Assembly (NCBI GenBank): GCA_032718475.1
Contig: JAUCBJ010000586.1
Coordinates: forward strand, 43,857 to 107,856
DNA: 64,000 nucleotides
Direction: 5' to 3'
DNA from: Nemertoderma westbladi
Taxonomy: Eukaryota; Animalia; Xenacoelomorpha
Shown: positions 24,931-38,843 of the stretch, in pieces
Layout: the number at the start of each line of letters is the position of its first letter
Numbering within the stretch: position 1 is the stretch's first letter
Notes under the pieces: model-generated
Database searches by the model: none
What the model saw: the letters and a program-made list of their open reading frames with translations, nothing else
Told to the model about the DNA's origin: nothing
Made by a program: the position numbers and the translations under genes

Positions 24931-27900
24931 TATATTTATTCCAGATCCCTAGGCCTACATATTAGCATTAGGCCCTACTGTATTATTCTATAGTATGAAC
25001 GTATACATATCCCAAAGAAGATGCATGCACGCACAGTGGTATTAACAACAAATATTATGCTATAGATATTCTACATGATATTTGCAGATATGTACTGCAT
25101 ATGCAGTAGAGAGGCATAGAAAGCACAACAACAAACAGACAAACACGTTGGAATTTCAGCTCACAGTGCAGAGTGCAGTTTGTAGTTATATTAGTTATCA
25201 TCAAACCACCTAAACTTTTATGAAATTTCTCAATATTTCCCTATCCTGCATCCTGCTATCGGGAAATTTTTGATGTCATTATTAGAGATATCCATGGTAA
25301 AATTTCCGTATAGGGAAATATATGCATGTTTTCCTATAGGCCTAGCTGTATACAGGTATAGGGAAACAGGCAAAGTTAATTTTCGCATGTCTGTAAAACC
25401 CACAGGGTAGTAGTTGGCTGCTGCCTGCCTTGGGGCAGTCAGTACCGTAGTTATATGGAAGATAAGGCTGTAAGGTAGAGGTCAGAGGTGAATGACCTAG
25501 TATATCTCACTTAATGCGCTATGTCCTGCTGTCCTGCAATGAATGCGCCATAGCGATTATGCAAAAGCTTCCCTATAGGGAAATAAAAGTTTCCTTATAG
25601 GGAAATTTTAAATTTTCCCTTTTGAGATAGGGCCTAATTTCCCAGACTATAAGCGGATCAGCCTATGTCAGTATGTCAGTATGTTAGTATGTAATGATTA
25701 TCAAAATATCAACTGATCAATGTCTGACTCTGACAGTCCAGCAGTCTGAATGGCTTCGTTTTATACTTTTACCTGCCAGCTGCCACCTGCGCCGGAACCG
25801 GCATCCTGTAGGCCTATCTGTCAATCTGCCTGTCTGTGTATACAAGTATAGGCAACTGGCAGATAAGGCCTCTGCTGCAGCACCAGCACCAGCTGCCAGC
25901 ACCACCCGTCTACAGGTCCGGTACTACCGTAGGTCCGTAGGCCTGTAGGCCATCACGCTACACCTACGCACCTACCGGCTGACCGGCAGAACGATACCTA
26001 ATTCAATGGAATGGCAGAAAGCTATCTACCGCTACCGCGACTGGCGACCGCCGGTACTCCAACTCCAGTACTGGTCACCGGTACTGTGGTACTACTGCTG
26101 TACTGTACTACGTACTGCTGTACAGCAGTAGGCCTACTGGTTCTAGCATACAGACAGCTGAAAGGCAGAAAGGAGTCAGTGACCTTGGAAAAGTAACCTT
26201 GGCCGTCGGAAAGATGAAGGCAGGAAGGTGACAGGAGGACACGGTAGGGCTACAGTAACAGTACTTTACTGCAGTATGTAGATGTAGTCTACAGTACAGA
26301 GTTACAAGGGTCAATGCTTAAGGCGTATACCACCTCTACTAATGCCAATGGTGCCCCTACAATTAAGGCTATCATTTAACCTTCAGTGTATTTTATAGAC
26401 AGGACAGAATAATGATACAGTATAATAAATATTGTTACCGTCAAGAGTCAACCGAGGTGAGATTGAATAATTTTTACTGGGTGTACAGTAAATAGTGCAA
26501 AAATACTTTATTGTAGCAATGTACAGTACTACAGTATCTGGCTATATTATCCAAATAATAAAAAAATACATTTTGATTTAGAACCATATTATTTTATTGT
26601 TTTTTTCATTCAATCTCACCCCCTGAAACGGGGCGAGATTTAAGACTGCCTGAATCACAAGCAAGTCAATGCAACCCATCAATGGGAGTCAAATTGAATG
26701 TTTTTTGGCATTTTAAAAAAATATCAGCAGGATATAATACTAACAGTATTATCCTGGGTTTATACATTCAAAATAAGGCCTACAAACTTTACCATACAGC
26801 CACAGCACAGTGTTGTAATTCCATTAGACAGTTAGACCGCCGACACAGGTGCCGACACTCGACACATGGCCCATGCCAACACATATGTGACGAGCTGCTG
26901 ACACCCGACACATATGACGATAAAGGTGAGATGCTGTACAGTAGGCTAGGATGTATACTCAATATCTAATGTGGACCTTCATTATGTGTATAAACAACGT
27001 CACATACTGTATTACTATATGTTTAGTCATATGTTTGTATTATGTACAGTGCACTCAGCTGAAGGTTTTTAGTAATATTAATTAATGGTGTGGAGGATTG
27101 TCTTATATATACTGTATGTCAAGCTATCTATTGAGAAGGATTATTAAAAGCATCAATAATCACACAGGTGTCGTCACAGATGCCGACACAGTTGTCGACA
27201 GTGCCGACACAGTCAGACAGTTACCGAGATACGTGCCGACATACAGACATAGGACAGAATGAGGCTGGGAACTGGAACGCGACAGAAGTGACGAAACAGG
27301 CTGAGGGGCCGATACCGGTGTTGACATTGGACAGTTTGACATAGGTGCCGACACAGGTGCCGACACATTTGCCGACGCAGAAAAAATACACTCTAATAAT
27401 TATTTTCGACCCAACAATCATCAGAAGTGCACTGTGTAACTAAAATTCATTCATCTGGCCCGCCACCCAACATAGGAGAGAGAGTATAGCCTTGCATATC
27501 TTCCCATAGGATGCACTGGCGGGGAAACTGGGCAAAGAAAGTACTTTCTTGGTAGTTGGATCCTCCCTATTGAATTGCGTACTAGGCCCTCGCTTTCCGT
27601 TTTTCATGAACACCAGCCTGGTTTTTATCATTGCGCCCATCACGTTTTTTCGTTTACATGTCTATGTTTGAAAAAGACAATTTTAATAATTTATTTCTGA
27701 ACTTTTTTCCACATGCTTGGGTTGACCTGCGTCGATTAATAACTTTCATTGACGGGCGAGCTATAGCTTCGGAAGAGTTTACATGTTATACGGGTGAATA
27801 CAAAATAAAGGCCAAAGACCCAATTAAGTAACCTGCATAATCTTGTAAAATGTGTTAACTTTAGTTTATTGTTTTAGTTCCCCTATCACGCATCTGCAAC

Positions 27901-27989
27901 CTGCTCCTTTATTAACCTGCTCCTTTAAATGGCATTGGGACCTAACGTTCTTTGTTCTAATGTTTTAGAATATGGTGTATTTATTAAAT

Positions 27990-30370
27990 ATAATAAAATA
28001 GCCTTACCCAGGTGTAAACCATGCAACTTTAGAATACTCGGTTCACCCGAAGAACTGGAAATTGCTTTATGTTTTGCCACTCCTAAAAAATATTCCAAAC
28101 GATATATGCAACAACTTCCGTTCTGTGGCCTTTACCAGTAACCTCGGCAAGCTGATTGAACATTACATCCACAGAATAATCTTAGTTCATGTTAAAAATT
28201 TCATTTCAAAATTTCAGTCTAGCTTCAAAAGTGGCGATGGCACCATCTACCAATTGATTTCTCTTTACAACGCCCTTGTTAATGTCTTAGACAAAGGAAA
28301 AGAGGTACGCATAGTTTTCCTGGATATTAGCAAGGCATTTGATAAAGTCCATCACAAAAGTCTTCTACTGTATATAAAATCAAAAACATGGGTAATGGAG
28401 GAAAGCTTCTTGAATGGCTCCTTAACTATTTAAAAGACAATTTTCAACGCGTTGTAGTGAATGGTCAACAGTCATCATGGGTTAAGGTCTTGGCTGGAGT
28501 TCCACAAGGTTCTGTGTAGGGCCCATTACTGTTTTTGATTTTTATCAATGACATAGTAGACGTAGTAACTACTGTAGTAATATTAGTCTTTATGCTGGCG
28601 ACACAGCTCTTTACATATAAGTCAACTCTAGGTCGAATTACATCCTTGCTGCATCCGCACTTAATGCGGATCTCAACTGAAATTCCAACCGGGGTGCAAG
28701 ATGGCTGGTCAAATTTAACCCTGCTAAATCTGAGTGTATATTCTTTTTCTAAGATAATTCATCGCCCAGGTTACGGGAGCAATCATAGTTATATAAGTTG
28801 AATGTGGTCTATATCACGTAATCGGTATATAATAATACTAATGCTATATTTCAGCCAACAGGCCTTTCTTTATCAAGCAGTAATCAACTATGCGTCTAAC
28901 CGGTAAGGATACTAGAAACTATTATACTACTGACAACTACTGCACCAATCTATATGTACTGTTTATGCTTTTTTCGCGCGAGCCAAATCACCTCCCCTTA
29001 TTTCTCAATGGTATTCCTATCCCAGAAGTCTCAGAGCATAAGCATCTCGGCCTCTTCCTTTCATCCTCCTCAAAATGGCATTCACAGGTTGCAAAAATGC
29101 TAGATTCTGCCAACAAGAAGTTAAACATGTTAAGAATTGTTAAGTACAAAGTTGGTAGAGTCGCATTAATGAACATTTACAAGTCTTTTCTTCGTTCAAA
29201 CCTGGAATACGACGGTGACGTTTGGGACAACTGTTTTCAGGAACTTAAAACTGAGTTGGAGCTCTTAAATAAGGAAGCAATTCGAATCGTGTGCCGATTA
29301 ACAATATGTTGCCCCACAGAAAAGTTGTACAATGAGTCTGGTCTATGTCCACTTCAACATAGACGCGACTATCAGAAATGATGTATTTTCTATAAAATGA
29401 TGTCTGGCCACGACCCATAGCACTTATTAGACATACTTCCTCCTGTTGTGAGGTCTGCCAGCGTCTAATCCATGCGTGATTCTAGTAACATTCGCCCGTC
29501 AATGGCTCGCAGATACTTTTATAGAGACTCATTCTTGCCTTCCGCCGTTCGTCTCTGGAACAGTCTTTCTACAGATAAGCGGTCCGCAGACTTATCACAA
29601 CTTTTAAGCAAAGTGTATTGCCTATAATTTGTTCTCTGCATCCAATCCCTCTCTATTACTCCCTTGGGTCTCCAACTATAAACGGCTTACTTGCCAAACT
29701 GAGACATGTCCCAGATCGTCAAATCATGTTCCTGTGGCCATCAACGGGAGGACGCATTCCACTACTTTATGGAATGCCCATTTTTTCATTCTCACCATAT
29801 TATATTGCACGCAGCTATTTCGGCTTTAGGGCTAAGACCAACACTTACCACTAAATTATTCAGCCCACCACACGGACCTTATAGTCACCCAGTCTCCATG
29901 ACAGCGCTGCGCGACAAGGCAGTCGCCCTTATCGATATACATATTCGTATTCAATAAGGTCGATTTAACAGTGTCGGCTATTAGGGTAGTCTGTACGTCC
30001 GTCTCAATATACCACTGGTTTTCTCTTCCAGGTTTTATGTTACAGTAATAACATATTGGAACAGAACAACCTATGTATAATAAAGTTTACTTTTTTTTAA
30101 AGTTTACTGGTTTACTTTTTATGCCCTAATTTTATTTTTTGGCTTCGGTGCGTTTGTGCGTGTGGTGCTTTTGGGGTGTGTGATGTGTATCATGTATAGT
30201 GTATAACATGTGTGTTTTTGTTTCATTTATCATCTTTCTGTGCCTTCATTATCTGAGTCTGTGGTGCAATTAAGGTAAATATGTAATCAATCAGCAAGAG
30301 GGCTTTTATAAGCTTTAGAGCTTGTTGCCCAATTGCTCCATTTATTTGTATTAATATACATTAAAAAAAT
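27990..30370 (+). mobile_element. Degenerate CR1/L2-group LINE (5'-truncated RT + 3' UTR) with an unrelated insert at ~28745-28960
   Basis: NNFRSVAFTS, FQSSFKSGDGTIYQL, VFLDISKAFDKVHH, GVPQGSV*GPLLFLIFINDI, HKHLGL, IYKSFLRSNLEY, CSCG...EDAFHYFMECP zinc knuckle; A-rich end near 30363. Confidence 0.85.
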
Positions 30371-31940
30371 ATATACAGTATACTGAAGTTATAGCATCTG
30401 GATGGGATTTGGACTCCAAAACGATGCAGAACTACCGGTATATTGGACTGAGAGAGCTGATAGATTTTGTAGTACGAAATGTAATTATGTACAAATCTTG
30501 ATTGTTATTAAGTGAATAAGAATAGGGATTTGTTTATCTGAAATTCAAGTCGTTAATATTACAATGTATGGTTGGTAAGTATCATTGGGGGCAATCCAAA
30601 TGTCTGGGGGGGGGGGGGGGATTTTCATAGGGGGGACAGTAATTGTACAGGGGTAAATGTCCGGGGGCAATATTTGTCTTCTTACATTATATAGGCATAC
30701 AGTACGTTGGAAATAAGATTCCGTATGATAAACTGATCATCGCGTAGGCCTACATAAGTATTTGCTAAGCAAATAATTGGCGAAGATTTCACTTAGGCAA
30801 ATTGAATTCAGACAACTGGTTGTTCATTTACGTAATTTTATACTTAGGAAATTCTACCCAAATAGAATTATACCTTGCTAAGCAAATACTGTACTTAAGC
30901 TACAGTATGTTTTAAATAGCTTACCTTGCATTGAGCCCTGCCTGTTCATGTGTGTATTATAAGGTACTGTAGTCTGTGGACATTAGTGCCAAGCAGTATA
31001 TTCAAGTGCGGTAGGGAAAAGTTTTGTTAATAATACCTTGACTATAATATATAATATTATTTTGAATAGTATTTTGATTATATTCTAACTCAACGTCTGC
31101 AACAACGGTGGAGTACCCATAGCAACAACATCACCATACCCCGTATTTGTGGATTTCAAAACTACGTTCGATATACTAGTTTGTCTAGAAGCTCTTGCAA
31201 CCACTACATGTACTGTACTATTGCCGATGGTTCCCACTTCGTAAAATCAATTATTACTGTATATTAACTACAGGTATTTACTTCCCCGACTAATTTTATC
31301 TTTTTTTACTACAGTGTATAAATATCTCTATAGTAGGCCTATACAAAATCTCAAATTAGAGTACTGTATTACCTAAGACGCCTTTTAAAGAGTTTAGACA
31401 TAGTTTCTCATAGTTTTTTTGTCATGAATCATGCTGTCATGGCATGGCTATAAATGAGCAGAAAAGGGGGGACTTTCGGCCCAATAAACTGAAACAAAAA
31501 AAAAATTGGGCATATACAGTAGTGAAAACCTACATGCAATAGCACGGTCTGACCGTGTCAGAACTCCGAATACACAACACACATTATGTTTCTGTTTGTT
31601 TTTTTCGTGATGGCCCCGGGGCTATATTATTATATATACTCTATAATGAAAGAAAAAACACAAATTAGATATATATGACACAACATGCACTACTGTATAC
31701 AATTACTAAATCATAGGCCTACTGAGTACATTATGGTAATTATGGTAATACTAGGGAAGTGAGAAATAAACTTTTGTTACAACGCTACAGTAGTACTGTA
31801 TTATTATTATTACGGTAGCCTAAAGTTATATATATATGATTTAATTATTCAAATAAATTAATTTAAATTGGTGTAAAGCTGCAAACGGCCTTTACATAAT
31901 AAAAACAACAAAAAAAACAAGAATAATTAAGTATTAAGTA

Positions 31941-34386
31941 GGCCCATGACCTACTAAATATACGACCATAAAAGCTGCATTCTACCTACTAAATTTAGTA
32001 GGCACACGTTTTGAAAATAATTTTTCATATATTTGAAGGATTTTATAATAAAAGTCTTCTAGAACATTTTTTTATGATTCATTTCAATAGTCAAGTATTA
32101 TAATTTTGAAACAACTTATTTTAATAGCTATTTCTATATATTACTAGTAAATGCCAGGTCCACTTCGTTGGTGCGTATCTACGCCTTCTCCTGGAATATT
32201 GTGTCTTAATTCAGTGACTTAAAGGCCACCAATTATTCTACAAATCTTAACGCGTCAGAATATTTATTTTCGCGGTTGTGGTGGTTAAAAGTGGGTCGTA
32301 TGTAAAAAAAATTAAAATGGTGACCCACTCCACAGTGGAGTGGGTCACCATTTATTTTTTAATTTTATACAATTATATATTTACAATTTTTTACACACAC
32401 TATAAACATTAGTTTTGTTTATTAGAATAAGTGAATTTGAAATGTTGCTTGAGTCACTGTGTAGGGAATGATTTCTTGATTAAATCGATTAAATCAGTAA
32501 ATGGAGAAACTTTGTGCAGCATCCTCCAACGAAACTCGGCGAGATGGTTTTCGAGCAACAAGTTCTTCGTTCCCCTCTTTTTCCTCATGATCGTTGTTTT
32601 GGCGTGGGACCATATTCCTTCAATCCGCTGCGTATGGGCGCCCGTGACAACATTCACAAATCGGCCTTTGCCTTTGATACTATGGTTCACACTTTCGTGT
32701 AAATACTTGCCGCTGCCATCGAGGGCCCTCCATGGCCTTGTCTTGCTAGTGATTCCCACAGTCTTACCACAGTAAGCGGCCCACTCGTCACTATGGATTA
32801 GGGTCCCTCCTTTAACGTTGGCTTCCACTATTGGGCGTAAGGTCAGCATGTTTCGACGTTGAACATAAAACAATCGGACATCCACTTGGCCACCTGGGGA
32901 TTTACATACAATTCCGAAAATCCACGGTCCATTTACCCGTTTACCATAATTCCTTGCCGATGTATTGAATTGACCGACTCGTTTATTGTAGATCTTTTTG
33001 ACTCGTTTATTGTAGATCTTTCTCCTTCTTGTTACATCCCCGAGCAGCTTCCTCCCACGATTATACTTACGCTTACCGCAAAAGATCGATTCGTCGATCT
33101 GGACTGTCATCCCAACTCCCCCCATTGGCTCAGCGTTATGCATGTCACTATTCATTAGTTCCCGAATGAAATTATGCCAATCAACGAATGTATGGTCGTT
33201 GATTCCTCCGATCATTCCATTGAGCATCAGGTGTGCTGTGTTCAAAGTAATGTCTTGAAGAAACATAAACGTAATCCATAGAATCTGGGTAGTTTAGATG
33301 CACCAAACCACGTCCCGTTTCTTGCCGATAATTGGTGTCTTTGTGGCCCTTTGCAACGCCACATTAGACAAGTACCTCCGTGTTTTGTACGTCTAAAAAT
33401 GTGGGCAGAGTAGCTACAACCAACATGTTTGCAAGAACTTTTACTAGTGGGTATGGGTAACAGGCCACAGGATTGTGCAAATGTTATCGCACTCCCCTCA
33501 TCTTTTAAATTTTGGGAAATTTCTATAATATTTAAATCAGTGGACTGTCTCGAATATAAATGTCTTTGAATGTTTGTACTCATAATGTCAAAAAACACAA
33601 ATGAATCTTTAAAATATAAAATGAATATAAACGTTCTAGAATTGTGTTGTAGTTGGAAACAATATTTAAATAAACTTAGTACACTTATAATATCGGTTAA
33701 AATACACAATAAAAAAAAATTAAAATGGTGACCCACTCCACAGTGGTGCCCTGGCCTCATACGTCCCGGTGTCGCTGTTGAGTAAGGATATGAGGTAAAG
33801 GGTTCGATATTCCGACTCGGTGTTGGCGTGCCTATTACGTGCACGAGACTTGGCCTGACGTCCGAGCCGGTTAGTGTCGTATTTATGGACGCTTATAGAG
33901 GTGAGGGTCGGAAAGTTACTCAACCACGCGTATTTTACGTATTCAGTGAACAACGATGTCCTCACCATATTCCCAGCAAGTGCTTACACAGGAGATGATT
34001 GTAAAGGTAGGTGACCTTCTTGTTGCTACAAGAAAAGGCATTGTGTACGAGGCGTAGAGTGTTGATATGGATTATGGTTACTATGTTACAGTCCAGCAAA
34101 CTTGTGCGGTTGTTCATTTGAAATGTAGTTTCCGGCTAGTATAAGCTTGCGCATGGTTTTGTTCAAATTCTTGGTGGTACTTGAGGCACCGTTTCCTGTT
34201 AGGATGGGGGAGCCGTAGAGTATAGATGGTTATCAAACGACCTTCCATATCTTGGAAATAACGTGGATAACGTATAAAATCCTTCAAATATATGAAAAAT
34301 TATTTTCAAAACGTGTGCCTACTAAATTTAGTAGGTAGAATGCAGCTTTCATGGTCGTACAGTATATTAGTAGGTCATGGTAGGCC
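31941..34386 (-). mobile_element. Merlin-superfamily DNA transposon with ~105-bp TIRs
   Basis: 31941-32046 and 34273-34386 are near-perfect inverted repeats enclosing an ISXO2-type transposase. No clear TSD. Confidence 0.8.
32454..33583 (-). pseudogene. Merlin/IS1016 (ISXO2-like DDE) transposase, one frameshift near 33285
   Basis: N-terminal Cys-rich region (CKHVGC...WRCKG), TVQIDES, KRKYNRGR, GPWIFG, IHSDEWAAY, HESVNHS, FVNVVTGAHTQRIEGIW; 24-bp internal duplication (KIYNKRV x2). Confidence 0.88.
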
Positions 34387-36164
34387 TAGTAGAAATTTAA
34401 GTGTATTCCCGAATATGTCCTCCTGCATAAAATATACTGTACATTGGACGCGCTATGTTACAGTACATTCTATGCAAGCGCGATGAAAACCGTTTTCATT
34501 TGAAATTCATCGATCTCCAGGCAATCTGGCGAAACTCGACGCAGATAACTGCTGATTAACAACAAAATAACACTGTAACATAAACATAGTACTGACTCGT
34601 TTATTGTTTTGATTATAATGACGTACCACCGTAACCTGTTACCCTTTACAGTGTGTAACCTTTTACAGTATTATTAATTGAAAGACAGGCTTAATATACA
34701 TTTATTGGGTATAGGTGCAATGAAAGATGCTTAGTTTTCTGTTGACATTATGAAGGACATAGTTCGAGGAGGGGGGGGGGGGGGGTGGTGAGACGCAACA
34801 AATGTTAGACCACCTGGCATACTGTAACAAATACGATAGCTATCGCGTATGCATACGAATAAGGACTTTGTCAAACCTATACCGAACTGGATCTTATCTT
34901 CTGACACCTGTCTGCCCATTTTTTGGCTATTTTATTTTGGCACCCTATTTTGTGGTATACAGTAGATATCAATTGAACATCTGTCTTTAGACCCCGGCGG
35001 CTTTAATTGGAAGGCACTAAAATTGTAAGACATACAGACATATAAGAATATAGGAACATACTGTATAAGATGCGAAACGGTGCTTAATATAGTAAATCTA
35101 AAAGCCTAAACAATATTCATGTTTATGATAACGTCAGATTAATCAACCTATCTTATTATTGCAGTAGAGGGTAGGATTTATACATAGACAAAGCAAGGCC
35201 TGTTATCTGTTAAAAAAAAGGTCAATATAGTACCGGTAGGCCTACTACTGTAGTTGTAACTAATATAAAATATGACTGAAATACTTTTCATATACAATAC
35301 TTACTCTCAGACTCAGTATACGTAACCACTGTACAAAAGTGAAACTGTGAATTTCTTAATATTTGTGCAGGATCCTTTATATTAGAAGGCTTACAGTACT
35401 GGTAATATTCCAAATATTATTAGTGGTCCGGTCCGGAAGATATCTGAATTTTTTTCGCTGAAGCTAAAATAACCTTGTGTAGGCAATGAGGGAGGGGAGG
35501 GGGGGGGGGGGGGGGGGGTGTCGAAATATTATTATACAGTAGTAAATGTTTTATGTGATTTAACAAAATGTTACAGTACCGTATATAAACCAAGGCGTAC
35601 ATATAAACATGATTACTGATTACTCCCATTACTGCATTACAGTATGTATGCCCAGTATGCAGTACATTACATATGTACCCAGGCAGCAAGGTGGCTGCTG
35701 GCTGGCCTGGCATCCATGGGGATTTTGTATAAGGTACAGAAATCCCCCTTCAAATATAGCACCCTGGGCGGTTTAGTCATAAGAGTAAGGCCTTTAGGCA
35801 GTAAGCCTGTATGCTGTATGCATCCATTATGATTGTATGCATTCATTATGATTCTAAAATATTATTTTGGAAATAATTTACTGCTGACAATGAACGGTCC
35901 CTCGTTTCAATATTTCACTCACTCGCTCCGCTCGTTCTTGTAATTGGGTGTAAATATTAACACTTGGGACCGGCGTGAGATAAAGTCCTACTTTATACAA
36001 CATAAAATAAATAGTTTATTACTTGTTTCTATATAACTTTTCGTGTAGTTATAGTATTTCCACCCAGTAATACATGTACACCAGTACTGTTACAGCTGTA
36101 CAGTATGACTGTATGATATATACTGCAATATCACAATAATGCCCTACTCCAATCCAATCCTATT

Positions 36165-38843
36165 CTACTACTACTACTACTAGGATCGGCATGCTGCATT
36201 GCAGCTGCATTTTTAAGAATGCTGTGCCGGCTTGTCGACAAAATTGCGCCGCCACAACTCCATATCACCCATGACATTTGGTAGATCATCCGCATCTTCA
36301 AGGCCAGTGTCCTTTAAGATGCGTCTCAAGAAACTCATGAGCTGTCCACCATGCTATTCACTCCATGAGGCTGCCAAACTACAAGATTATGCACTGGCTG
36401 GTCCTCACGGCGAAAGCAATGTCCTGCAAAGCGGAGGCGATTTAGTTCTAGTCTATATCGCCAATGGGAATATCTGGGACTGGGAGTACAGACTCAGACA
36501 CTTTTACTTCTATAAAGCTATCAGGCAATACCCTGTCATTATTGAGGAGCTTTTCAAAGTGGGCCTTCCAACCATTGAGGCGATCGGCTGGTGATTCAGC
36601 CTTAACCTTGGTGGTTGGTTGGCTTTTCCACCCAGTAAGCAAGTTGATCGATTTCCATGCCTGGGATGATTGCCTGCTGTCGTCAGCATCATTGATGGCA
36701 TCAACCTGTAGGTTTATTAGCTCCTGTAGATTAACAGAGTACTGCCTGTTCAGGGATCTAGATGCAGCCTTAACTGTATTCTTGGCTGATGTAGTCTGTT
36801 TGAGTCGGGACTCTTTCTGCGCATTATAGAGGTCATTTCGGCACTTCTGAATTTTGTTGTCAGTCCAGGGGGCCCTTTTCCTGTTTCGAGGGTATACACT
36901 ATACAGGAACTGCTTCTGCAGCTGCTAACTTAACTGCTTCTGTGAAGGCAGTATAGCCCTCACATTGATCTGCCGCCTCAGAGGCAAGAACCTCATACCT
37001 GTTGCTCAGCTGTAGTGTGAAGCTGGATCTCACACTTGGTTGTTGCAACAGAGAGGACCAGTCATGCCGCGGCAAGGCAGATTTCGTTGTTCTGCTAGCA
37101 CGCAGACTAAGTCTTACCTTGGCCACAATGACAATAATGCGGTGGTCACTGGAGAAGGGTCGAAGTGTAAATGCATTACACTCTTGTATAGAGCTCCTGT
37201 ATTTCCTACGAAACAGAATTATGGTCTATCTGGGATTTGTGACCACTGGGTCCACTATCTGACTATGAGTCCATAGCTTTAAAGTTCGCTTCTTGAACTG
37301 GGTTCCAGCCGAAAACAATCCATTTCCAGAGATAAAATCCTGAAGATGGACAATGGACGGAATTTCGGTTAACACTATTGCTATAGACCCAGGGCGATGT
37401 AGGTGATTGATGCAGACTTGCATTAACTACTAGGATCGGCATGCTGCATTGCAGCTGCATTTTTAAGAATGCTGTGCCGGCTTATCGACAAAATTGCACC
37501 GCCACAACTCCCTATCACCCATGACATTTGCTAGATCATCCGCATCTTCAAGGCCAGTTTCCTTTAAGATGCGTCTCAAGAAAGTCATGGGCTGTGCTGT
37601 CCACCATGCTTATTCACTCCATGAGGCTGCCAAAGTACAAGATTATGCACTGGCTGGTCCTCACGGCGAAAGCAATGTCCTGCAAAGCGGAGGCGATTTT
37701 GTTCTAGTGTCAAGCTTGGGGGAACCAATGAGACACCTCCAATGTTATATAGTGTCTGGTTGGAGATGTGTGCATTGTACTTGACACAATGAACCCGGCG
37801 TAGCATTCTTGTGAATGTGCCATCCAGAGATTTGGTGTCCTCAGCAGTTAGAGCCCAGCATGGACTCCCATAGAGGAGTACTGGAACTACTGCTGCTCTA
37901 AATAATCGGACCTTAATTTTCCGATTAATTCTCGTTAACTTCCAAATCCTGGAAAGCCAATTCAAGGCTGCCCATGCCTTTCCCTTACGTATTCGAAGGT
38001 CCTCACCTGACTTCCGGATCCATGATCCCAGGTAACAGAAGTCATCCACATGCTCAAGCATACCATCTTTTGAGCTTATGCTCATCCGATCAGAGACTTG
38101 CTGAGGACTTTCAAAGTTAACTGTCAAAATTTTGGTCTTTCTGGAGTTAATAAAAAGACCAACACTAGATGCTAGAAGCAGCATGTTCTAATGAGCTGAG
38201 GAGCCATTGGGCTCCCTCTAGTGATTCTGAGAGTACTCCTAAGTCATCAGCAAAGTCTAGATCAGTTAGGTACTTGGCAGGATTTCCTCGACTTCTGGAG
38301 CCAGTAGGTGGAGATATCATCACCCCATCATCATTATGATGATCTAAGGACATGCGTAGAACATAGTCAACTACAATTATGAACAAGAATGGTGCAAGTG
38401 TGTCTCCCTGGAGGACGCCCCATAACACTTCAAATGGTTCTGTGTCACCGAAGTCTCCCAGGAATGTTAAGAATGCATGCTGATCCACTCCATCAGTAGC
38501 TGCTTGTAGATTGTGGTAGAAATTTTCCACCTCCTCTACAGGGGCAACACTAATTGGAGAGTAGCACACAATCAGAACCACCTTAGGAAACTTCTCAGCC
38601 AGTCTTCCAGAACATGATAAGTGGCAACGGATGATGCGGTTAGAGATTTGGTCTATTTTGTCCAATGCTGCATGTACAGTTGGATTCATCAATAGACCAA
38701 TTCCACCATTGCCACTATCTGACTATCTGACTATCATTTGCTGACGCGAGGGCGAGTCGCCAACCGCCCCCCATGTCCTTAATCGGAACCTTATCAGTCT
38801 GTCCAGTCTGCATTCGGAGCTCTTGAACACCCACTGCGCCAAA
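36165..38843 (-). mobile_element. Composite RTE insertion: an RT-deleted copy with a 5'-truncated sister copy (37425-38450) nested inside
   Basis: 17-bp TSD tccaatccaatcctatt (36148-36164 and 38844-38860). Two (TAG)n 3' tails (36165, 37425). APE motifs GIGLLMNP, CYSP, FLGDF|NA, and RT motifs in the inner copy. Confidence 0.88.

Noticed and set aside
32454-33266. Bacterial IS1595/IS1016 insertion or contamination
   Set aside because: Eukaryotic Merlin transposases share the ISXO2 domain; long TIRs, a second relic at 17070 and the animal-genome context favour Merlin.
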